A DNA stretch of 64,000 nucleotides from a virus (Duplodnaviria; Caudoviricetes), in IMG/VR virus record IMGVR_UViG_3300046522_000316, positions 128,001-192,000 of that record; one strand, 5' to 3'. Position numbers and translations under genes: made by a program. This document shows, piece by piece, positions 18,004 to 25,791 of this stretch; within the stretch, counting starts at the first letter, position 1; the number at the start of each line of letters is the position of its first letter. The notes beneath the pieces were generated by a model that did not search any database, was not told the DNA's origin, and saw nothing but the letters and a program-made list of their open reading frames with translations.

Positions 18004-18375
18004 ATGGAATTGCTGATCGCTGTTGCGTCGAACAAAATCGACAAAGGGAATTTGATTCCCGCCGATACGAAAATCCAAGCGTATTCGATCCACGACAACC
18101 ATTCGGAAAAATATCTGAACGCTGGTTCGCATGCGCCGTGCAGTGCGGCCCAAGCGCTGAAGAAAATCAAAGAATTCACCAAACAATACGGCGGCGTCAC
18201 CGTGCTGTTCGACCTGCTGGAACCTAGCGGGCGTACCATCCGCGCCAAGCGTTCTTATTCGATGAATTATGGCGATTTGATTCAGCCGTATCGCGGTACG
18301 GAAACCATCCTGCAAGATGTTATGGCACCAACGCCGAAACCTACGAATCAGGCAAAGAAAGTTCGTCACATTTAA
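18004..18375 (+). CDS. hypothetical tagged protein (MELLIAVAS)
   Basis: 123-aa ORF carrying the tag. Confidence 0.8.
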   Translation: MELLIAVASNKIDKGNLIPADTKIQAYSIHDNHSEKYLNAGSHAPCSAAQALKKIKEFTKQYGGVTVLFDLLEPSGRTIRAKRSYSMNYGDLIQPYRGTETILQDVMAPTPKPTNQAKKVRHI

Positions 18376-18394
18376 TAAAAAGAGCGTGGGACAA

Positions 18395-18700
18395 ATGGAC
18401 GTATACGAAAGCGGTGTTTGTATTGGTCAGCGCGGCGAACAAGGCCCGGAAGGCCCACGCGGCCCCTGTGGCCCTACTTGCAAGGGGCCTGAGTGCGGCT
18501 GTGGCAGTGTGTGCGGGCCTATTGGTCAGCATGGCTTTCCGGGTGCAGATTGGAACGATGGAAAGGGAGGTGATCGTGGAATTCCCGGCCCCGACTACGG
18601 CGGCGATAACGCTGGCCCATCGAAGAAAGAAGCTCACGCTATGCCGTGGTATGTCGCACACGTAATGCGGCAAACGCGCCGTCAACAACGGGTGAATTAA
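18395..18700 (+). CDS. small Cys-rich collagen-like protein (untagged)
   Basis: [17 protein letters not shown]...CGPIGQHGFPG Gly-X-Y runs. Start ATG 18395. Confidence 0.65.
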   Translation: MDVYESGVCIGQRGEQGPEGPRGPCGPTCKGPECGCGSVCGPIGQHGFPGADWNDGKGGDRGIPGPDYGGDNAGPSKKEAHAMPWYVAHVMRQTRRQQRVN

Positions 18701-19129
18701 ATGGAAGTGAATATCGCATTAGGTGCGAGTCCGAATCAGGTTTATTTGTTCTTCGATAAACTGCGTCTGCGCGGATTCGAATTGAGTGAATCCAAATACG
18801 GGCACCCGAAAGCCATCCGCAAATATTACGACTTGTCCGGGCATTACAAATGTTCGGTAAATGTCGGCACCTACAAATTCGGTGAAGGTGCAGGCTGGTA
18901 CGAATACACAGTGTGGGTTGAATCTGCTGTGAAAGACGCAGTGACCGGCGAGCCTGTGGCAGCGGAAGAACTGAAAAACGGTTATTCGTTTACCACGCAG
19001 GACAACGAACGCATTACGCTTTTCACTTATTTCCTCGACTCGATTCTGACGCAGCCTGAATGCGTTGGCCTACCAACTCCGCTTGCCGTGGATGAAGTCC
19101 GCGAAGGCGAATATCGGATTAAATTTTAA
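18701..19129 (+). CDS. hypothetical tagged protein (MEVNIALGAS)
   Basis: 142-aa ORF carrying the tag. Confidence 0.8.
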   Translation: MEVNIALGASPNQVYLFFDKLRLRGFELSESKYGHPKAIRKYYDLSGHYKCSVNVGTYKFGEGAGWYEYTVWVESAVKDAVTGEPVAAEELKNGYSFTTQDNERITLFTYFLDSILTQPECVGLPTPLAVDEVREGEYRIKF

Positions 19130-19395
19130 TGGAAATTCAAATGGCTTTGGCCGCGAATAAAAAGCTGGTTCCAACCGGCACCACCATGGCAGGTTTCGAG
19201 ATTCAAAAAGACGGTAGCCCCATGATGACCATCGGCGGCAAATCCACTTGGCCGAGGATCGAAACGCAATTGGCACAGCACATTAAACTGGTCGGTGACG
19301 TGCATCTGGTGATCTGGATTCGCGACAAAAACGGCGACATGACCACGACCAAAACCCTTTACGGCCTCGACGGCGATCAAGTGGTGGAAAAATAA
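19129..19395 (+). CDS. hypothetical tagged protein (MEIQMALAAN)
   Basis: 88-aa ORF carrying the tag. Confidence 0.8.
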   Translation: MEIQMALAANKKLVPTGTTMAGFEIQKDGSPMMTIGGKSTWPRIETQLAQHIKLVGDVHLVIWIRDKNGDMTTTKTLYGLDGDQVVEK

Positions 19396-19827
19396 ATGAA
19401 AATGGAAATCGCAACCGCTGCTGAACCGACAATGCTGCCGAGCCGCTACGCCATTGGCGAGCCTGTGTTTTTTCACCCGGCAATTCACGACTTCACGCCG
19501 GAACAAATCCAGAAAAACGCACTGAAAGCCAAAATCATGGGCGTGCGTTTCACCAAAGAAAAAGTGCTGTACGAATTGGCGTTGGATACCGCACTTGATC
19601 CGGGGCCTGCCGAATATTACGAAGCAATTCCACTGGCTGACGTGGATTCGTATTTCGTGCTGAACGCAGCCGATGCAATGGACGGCGACCGTTTGCTGGC
19701 CGACGTTTCCTACATGGCGACTGGCTCCAGCAAAACCCGTACACCACAAGAAATCCGCAAGTTCGCTCAATTCTTTTTGGCGGTTGCGGCTGACCTTCCC
19801 GAACTGCGTAAAGAACAGGGCAAATAA
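19396..19827 (+). CDS. hypothetical tagged protein (MKMEIATAAE)
   Basis: 143-aa ORF carrying a tag variant. Confidence 0.8.
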   Translation: MKMEIATAAEPTMLPSRYAIGEPVFFHPAIHDFTPEQIQKNALKAKIMGVRFTKEKVLYELALDTALDPGPAEYYEAIPLADVDSYFVLNAADAMDGDRLLADVSYMATGSSKTRTPQEIRKFAQFFLAVAADLPELRKEQGK

Positions 19828-19829
19828 AA

Positions 19830-20219
19830 ATGGAAGTGATGATCGCCCTCGGGGCCTCAATTAAAGTCAGTGACCGGGGCGAACATTTCGGTAAAGAATT
19901 TCGTTCCGAACACGGTTACATCTGCGTGAAAACAGGCGGGCAATTCTCGCCATGCAAACACAGCGTAACCGATTACGTGGTTAACGAAGAATCACGCGGA
20001 CAGGGCCACGGTGATTTCCTGCTGAAGGGAATTGTGCGCACGTATAAATCGGATATCGGCGGGCAGGTTAGCAGCATTGCCAGCCTGCACGTGTTCTACA
20101 AAAACGGGTTCCGACCAGCACTCAAACTCGATGCAACTTTGGAAGAGACGAAAAAGCTTTTCAAAGATGAATGGGGTAGCCTGCTGATGGTTTATAAACC
20201 GGCGAAGGATTTCACTTAA
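19830..20219 (+). CDS. GNAT acetyltransferase, tagged (MEVMIALGAS)
   Basis: Motif A YVVNEESRGQGHGDFLL and motif B ASLHVFYKNGF. Confidence 0.8.
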   Translation: MEVMIALGASIKVSDRGEHFGKEFRSEHGYICVKTGGQFSPCKHSVTDYVVNEESRGQGHGDFLLKGIVRTYKSDIGGQVSSIASLHVFYKNGFRPALKLDATLEETKKLFKDEWGSLLMVYKPAKDFT

Positions 20220-21136
20220 TGGAAATGCAATTGGCGTTGGCCGGGAGTTCCGTACTCTATCATTTGATCCCGATGGAATACGCAATTGAAGCAATGCAAA
20301 AAGACCGCTTCCGGCTGATGCCAACCAACGAAGGCGTCGAGTCTGAATTCGGGGATGCTCAATATTTCCTGAGCCTTGCACGTTCGAAACTTTCCGATTA
20401 TTTCATCAAAGAAGCTGGCTCGACGCACGTCATTTTCGTGCTGGACGGCCAGAAGCTGAACGCGAATTACCAAATCAAAGCGGTCGATTATTGGGCGAGC
20501 CAAAAGCACGTTTCCAACGACGAAAAAGAAGACCGCCTGTTCGCAAACAAAATGTACATTCCGTGCATTCGATACATCAAAGAAATCCATTTCATGAAAG
20601 AAAGCGGCAAGTACAAGGAAAACGAATCGTTAACCTTGGCGCTGCTGGCAAAACGCAACAAGATCCAGCTGTTCCAGTACGACGATCAAAAGGCATTTGT
20701 GCGGCTTGATAAACGCAAGACAATCAAGCTGGAAGTTTCCAACATTAAGAAAAAGAAATTCGGTAAGAACGAATGGACGCCCGGCCCGGACTACACGCTA
20801 GAAGCGTGGTATGTCGCATCGCAAATCGTGTTCAAGGGTGACAAGCCGCATTACACGCAATTCATGGCCGGGGCCAAGCACAAAGAAGAACGCAAGGCCC
20901 GCGAACGTGTGGCCCGCGATATTCGAAACCTGATTAAATATCGGGATGTAGAAGCGGGGCCTGTGCGTGACTTCAATCAGTTGGCGGGGTTCCTCAAAGA
21001 TCCGCACGACGCCGAATTTCTGGAAAAGATCAAGCGTGTGAAACGTCGCCTGAAGACCGACACCAAAGGATTTCTTGATTACGTGCGCAAGCGCTGGATG
21101 ACTCAAGAAGAAAAAGAAATGCACGGCTTGGAGTAA
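20219..21136 (+). CDS. probable ADP-ribosyltransferase-fold protein, tagged (MEMQLALAGS)
   Basis: LYH, FLSLARS and EKEDRL appear in the order and spacing of the ART triad (H/R, SxS, ExE). Confidence 0.55.
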   Translation: MEMQLALAGSSVLYHLIPMEYAIEAMQKDRFRLMPTNEGVESEFGDAQYFLSLARSKLSDYFIKEAGSTHVIFVLDGQKLNANYQIKAVDYWASQKHVSNDEKEDRLFANKMYIPCIRYIKEIHFMKESGKYKENESLTLALLAKRNKIQLFQYDDQKAFVRLDKRKTIKLEVSNIKKKKFGKNEWTPGPDYTLEAWYVASQIVFKGDKPHYTQFMAGAKHKEERKARERVARDIRNLIKYRDVEAGPVRDFNQLAGFLKDPHDAEFLEKIKRVKRRLKTDTKGFLDYVRKRWMTQEEKEMHGLE

Positions 21137-21140
21137 ACGC

Positions 21141-22952
21141 ATGGAAATGCAATTGGCTGTGGCCGCAGTACGACTTAGTGTTGCGCGCCCATTCGTAAAG
21201 GGCTGGAATAAAAACGGAATCGGTGTGAAAGCCGTCCGTAAATTCCTGCCTAAAAATAGCAAAGGTTATCGGCTGTATATGCCGATCAAGAAAACGAAGG
21301 CCGACCGCGTAGTGGTGCCACATGCGGTGTTCCACGCAATCCACGAAGCCGGTTACAGCATCGAAGATTACATCAACGGAATCGCGGTGGCTCCGGACGG
21401 TAAACGTCGCGTGCGTATCGGCAAGATTTTGCGCGATGCAGAAGCCATTAAAGAATTCGCAAACGATCCGCAACGTTCGGCCCACAAAGACGAATACACC
21501 TGCGTGATTTCTGCGCATCCTTACGATGTGATCGGAATGTCTACCGGGCGCCGTTGGGATAAGACGACCTGCATGCGCTTAGCAACGCCTGAGAACAAAG
21601 GTGACGCAGGCGAGAAGGCCGTAGAATTCATGCCGGGCACCGTTGCGGAAGGCACGTTGGTTGCCTACGTGATCAGCCCCAAAGATAAAAACATCAACAA
21701 GCCTCACGCTCGCCTGTTGATCAAACCGTACAAGAAAGCCGACGATCAATCTTTCGTTTATTTCAAAGTCGAAACCGCTGTTTACGGCCAGCCTATTCCC
21801 GGTTTTAAACGCACTGTTGAAAACTGGTTGAAGCGTGTGAACAAAGGCGCGCAGGCCGGTATCTACAAGCTGCACAACAGCGTGCATATCGACGGCTCTG
21901 ATGATAAGCGCACGGCGATCATCGCGGATTACGAAACGATCAAAGATAAAGACAATTTCATTCTGAAAAATATGTACCCGGCTGGCGGGCCGAAAGTCTG
22001 GCTGACCGCCGACAAACGTTGGTTGCCCGACATGCTGCGCATCACCACCGACATTCACAATCTGGAAGAAATTCTGAATGCTGCGCGTGGCCTCAACATG
22101 GGCGCGAAAAAGATCGGTGCGATTTACGATCAGGTTATTCCTGCTGACGATCTGCGCAATTACGATCTGGCCGAATTCCTGATGGGCACGCATGCACAGG
22201 AATTGTTCGAAACCAGTAAACACCTTGGTGATGCTGCGCACGAACAATTCGCGTGGAACGAAGACGAAGAACCTACCAACGCCGGTCATGCAATGAAATA
22301 CGGCCTGTACGATTCGCGCTGGCTGGCGAACGTTGACGATATCAGCACCGACCTTTTGCGGCAGGCTGCGCAGAAGTTTATTTATGGCGCTTACCACTGG
22401 ACGAAAGAACTGCAAGATTCTCGGACGCCGGGCGCTGAAAAGATTCGTCTGTATTTCGCATTTGTTTCGCACGGACTTCTGGCCGACACTGGCTGGCTCA
22501 CTCCGCGTGTGAAAATCCAGAACCTGAAAGACTTCGTGAAGAAATCGAAAATTCCTGCCGGTTGGGATGAAAAGATTGTGGACATTGTGCGGTCGTTTGA
22601 CTGGCACCCGAATTTCCGCAACTCGACCTCGAATAATCTTCAGGGTGAAGCCTGCGTGCTGAATGCGGCGCCGGACTGGGCAGCTGTGTTCCCTGAATGG
22701 ATTCCCGAAGCGCGTAAATACCTGAGCGAAAAAGCGGTTGGTGTTCTGGCTAAAATGGCGAAGCACAACAAAGCAATTCGCGAACAGTTGGTCTACTGGG
22801 CCTACGCGCAAAACCGCGATGCACTTTCCAACGGATACCACTGGTTCACCACACGTAAAAACGTGCGTGATTTTATTCACCGCGTAGCTGAATCCAAAGG
22901 CGATGGCGAAGCCGAAGTATTCGCCCAACGCATTCTGTCCCTACAGAGTTAA
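21141..22952 (+). CDS. tagged paralogue 1 of the HPYD-GMST family (603 aa)
   Basis: Shares a ~250-aa N-terminal domain with the next two genes (VISAHPYDVIGMSTGRRWD..CMR, EGTLVAY, YGQPIPG). Confidence 0.85.
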   Translation: MEMQLAVAAVRLSVARPFVKGWNKNGIGVKAVRKFLPKNSKGYRLYMPIKKTKADRVVVPHAVFHAIHEAGYSIEDYINGIAVAPDGKRRVRIGKILRDAEAIKEFANDPQRSAHKDEYTCVISAHPYDVIGMSTGRRWDKTTCMRLATPENKGDAGEKAVEFMPGTVAEGTLVAYVISPKDKNINKPHARLLIKPYKKADDQSFVYFKVETAVYGQPIPGFKRTVENWLKRVNKGAQAGIYKLHNSVHIDGSDDKRTAIIADYETIKDKDNFILKNMYPAGGPKVWLTADKRWLPDMLRITTDIHNLEEILNAARGLNMGAKKIGAIYDQVIPADDLRNYDLAEFLMGTHAQELFETSKHLGDAAHEQFAWNEDEEPTNAGHAMKYGLYDSRWLANVDDISTDLLRQAAQKFIYGAYHWTKELQDSRTPGAEKIRLYFAFVSHGLLADTGWLTPRVKIQNLKDFVKKSKIPAGWDEKIVDIVRSFDWHPNFRNSTSNNLQGEACVLNAAPDWAAVFPEWIPEARKYLSEKAVGVLAKMAKHNKAIREQLVYWAYAQNRDALSNGYHWFTTRKNVRDFIHRVAESKGDGEAEVFAQRILSLQS

Positions 22953-22956
22953 ACAA

Positions 22957-25716
22957 ATGAAATTAGAAATGGCATTGGCCGCCGTGTCCATGAAAACGGC
23001 ACTGAAATATCGCCGCAATTGGGATCGCAATGCACCGATTGTGAAGCTGTTGCAATCCATGATGCCGTTCGGGCCGGGCAAGAAAGGGTATCGCCTGTAT
23101 TTCGATATCGGTGTGAACCATAAAGCGCACTTCACGGTTCCCCCGGCTGTGCGTTCGGCCCTGCAAAAAGCAGGCTATGCACCAACCGATTATCTGGCGA
23201 AGAAATGCGTCAAGATCGGTGACAAAGAACAGAAGAACGTTTTCAATATCGGCAAAGTAATTGCGAAAGATCCACACGCAAAAGCGGCGTTCGATAACGA
23301 TCCACAATTGCAGAACACCAAACAGGGTGCGTTGCAGGTCGTGATCAGCTGTCACCCGTATGACGTAATCGGTATGAGTACCGGGCGTGCGTGGGACAAA
23401 ATGTCGTGCATGCGCCTTGCTGATGGCGAACACCGTCTCGATCCCGGTTCGAACTCGCATTACGTGCGCAACGACGTTTCGGAAGGCACCTTGGTTGCCT
23501 ACGTTGTCGGCGCCGATGATTCGAATATTCAGCAACCGAAAGCACGCTGCTTGCTGAAGCCTTTCTACAACGAAAAAGGCGAAGTGCTTTATCGTCGTGA
23601 AACCCGCATTTACGGCAACCCGGTTCCCGGTTTCGATATTATTCTTTCGCGTTTTCTGCGTAAGATTAATGCGCACCTTCCGGAAGGCACGTTCCAAATG
23701 GCTAAGGGCCTTTACAACGACGGCATGGGCGATTACACGTACCACAAACCGAGCCATGACGATAACCTGTCGATTGAAGACGTGACGCTTGATCCTGCGC
23801 ACGCCGTGCAATACGTGCAGCAGCAAGTGAAAGCCATGGAAGATCATGCTTTCCGTGATGATCATATCGACAATATCATCACCTTCCTGAACAACGATGA
23901 AATTCAAAGTCGTTTGAAAGAAACGCAAATTGATGAAATCGTCGAAACCCTCAAAGGCGTGAAGGCCGCAGTTAACGGCATTCATTTGCTGGCCTACAAA
24001 GACCAGCCTTTGAGTACGGTGCTGGCCGAAGTCGGTCGCCGCATTGGTTCGTTCGAGAAAACGAAAGGCTTCACGAAAGAAATTCTGGCTGGTCTGGATG
24101 ACGACCGTGTTCACAACCTTTCGCACGGTGGGGGCAATCCCGTAATCGAAGCGCTTAGCCGCGTGGAAGATTTGAACGATTATGAACTGCGTGATAATTC
24201 CCGCATTTTCAAAATGATCCTCACTGGCAAAACTCCAGTGCCTTCGAAAGAAGAATTGGAAAACTTGCCGAATTGCGCACGCATTTTGAATACCGCTGCG
24301 CACGCTGCCCGCCACATGACGATGCTCAATGATGATTCGATGCAGAAAGGTGCATACGCAATTATCGACCTTGGAATTGATGTGGAAAACGCAATCTGGC
24401 TCGGCCCGGATGCAGCTGACATGATGTACGCAACTGGCGGCATTAATCTTTTCCTCGGTTATGTGATGGATAACGTCGGCAAACTGAGTTCGGATGCGTT
24501 GTGGGCCGCTGACCCTGCCGTAACCGCATTGGCGCTCGCGAATCGCCGGGTGTTCCGCTTCCTTGATAAACAGGAAGATCGCCAAATTGCATTCATGATG
24601 GATCATGTGAAAATGGAACAGGTTAAATATCTGATCCTGAATCCGAGTAAAGAACAACTTTTCAAAGACAACAAAGCGGCGCTCATTAAATACCTCGACG
24701 ATAACGAGGAAGTTATTCCGTCGATCCTCGGCAATGGTTGGGAACCGCAGTACGTGAAAAACTTGGCGAATCTCCATTTGCCAGCCGTAATGCATTTGAC
24801 CGAAAGCGATGGCATTTTCACTTCGGGACTAGCCGATACGATGCAGGGGATTATCCCGGCACTTATGGCATGGGACGGCCCGAAACTGGAACCGCTGACC
24901 ACCGATATCGAAAACGCATTGCAGATTATTGTGCAGGCCGGGAACCTTCTGGATAAACCGTTGCATTTGGAACGGAAAATCGACGAAGAACAATTCGAAA
25001 TTCGCGATATCACGGATGTTTCCGACAACTACGTGCAACGCGCTGGCGCCAATCGCTACACCCGCATTAAATCGTTCCCTGAATTGCTGTATAAACTGGA
25101 TTTCAACGGCGAACGTGCGGACATTACCCATTCGACCGAACTCATGGAACATTTGGGCGGCGATGCATTCGGTTGGGTTCCTACCGAGAAGCTTCCGGGC
25201 GAAGTTCGCGGCATGCTGAAACTGGTTCGTGAAATGGATTTAGATCCTGCAATTGATGCGCTCTACAGCCTGATCAACGCCACGCGTTTGCTTCCATTGG
25301 AAGAGGTGGATGCGGGCGTTGAACGACGCATGAATGATCGTGAAATTTTCATGCCCGACGATGACGTATTGGACGAAGACGCTTACGAAGAGGCGGATGC
25401 CGCCTACAATGAAATTCGTCAATCAATTGAAGATGAAATCATTGAGAACAATTACAAAACCCTTCGCCTCAATCGCAAGCTGTTGGAAGCGTTGGAAAAA
25501 GTGAAAGACTTCGTGGGCTACGACGAAGACGTTGATTATTTCGATGACGATGCACCACTCGCCACATTCGCCACCGATTTGACGAACGTTTCCGAAGACG
25601 ATTACGCTGACAATGAAGACCGCGTGCGTGATTTGCGGGCTGAGTTGAAAAGCGAATGCGAAAGCCGTCCGAACGAACAGCAGGAAATGGAAGACGACGC
25701 TGGTTTCAGCGAATAA
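22957..25716 (+). CDS. tagged paralogue 2 of the HPYD-GMST family (919 aa, acidic tail)
   Basis: Start ATG 22957 (MKLEMALAAV). VISCHPYDVIGMSTGRAWDKMSCMR, EGTLVAY, YGNPVPG. Confidence 0.85.
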   Translation: MKLEMALAAVSMKTALKYRRNWDRNAPIVKLLQSMMPFGPGKKGYRLYFDIGVNHKAHFTVPPAVRSALQKAGYAPTDYLAKKCVKIGDKEQKNVFNIGKVIAKDPHAKAAFDNDPQLQNTKQGALQVVISCHPYDVIGMSTGRAWDKMSCMRLADGEHRLDPGSNSHYVRNDVSEGTLVAYVVGADDSNIQQPKARCLLKPFYNEKGEVLYRRETRIYGNPVPGFDIILSRFLRKINAHLPEGTFQMAKGLYNDGMGDYTYHKPSHDDNLSIEDVTLDPAHAVQYVQQQVKAMEDHAFRDDHIDNIITFLNNDEIQSRLKETQIDEIVETLKGVKAAVNGIHLLAYKDQPLSTVLAEVGRRIGSFEKTKGFTKEILAGLDDDRVHNLSHGGGNPVIEALSRVEDLNDYELRDNSRIFKMILTGKTPVPSKEELENLPNCARILNTAAHAARHMTMLNDDSMQKGAYAIIDLGIDVENAIWLGPDAADMMYATGGINLFLGYVMDNVGKLSSDALWAADPAVTALALANRRVFRFLDKQEDRQIAFMMDHVKMEQVKYLILNPSKEQLFKDNKAALIKYLDDNEEVIPSILGNGWEPQYVKNLANLHLPAVMHLTESDGIFTSGLADTMQGIIPALMAWDGPKLEPLTTDIENALQIIVQAGNLLDKPLHLERKIDEEQFEIRDITDVSDNYVQRAGANRYTRIKSFPELLYKLDFNGERADITHSTELMEHLGGDAFGWVPTEKLPGEVRGMLKLVREMDLDPAIDALYSLINATRLLPLEEVDAGVERRMNDREIFMPDDDVLDEDAYEEADAAYNEIRQSIEDEIIENNYKTLRLNRKLLEALEKVKDFVGYDEDVDYFDDDAPLATFATDLTNVSEDDYADNEDRVRDLRAELKSECESRPNEQQEMEDDAGFSE

Positions 25717-25741
25717 AAACAGTAATTTTATAGTATGTTAC

Positions 25742-25777
25742 GCCGGGAAGGTTTAGGCTGACCCGGCTTTCTTTTTT
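25742..25777 (+). terminator. possible terminator between paralogues 2 and 3
   Basis: GCCGGG-N14-CCCGGC followed by TTTCTTTTTT. Confidence 0.55.
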
Positions 25778-25791
25778 ATGGATCAAAAAAC

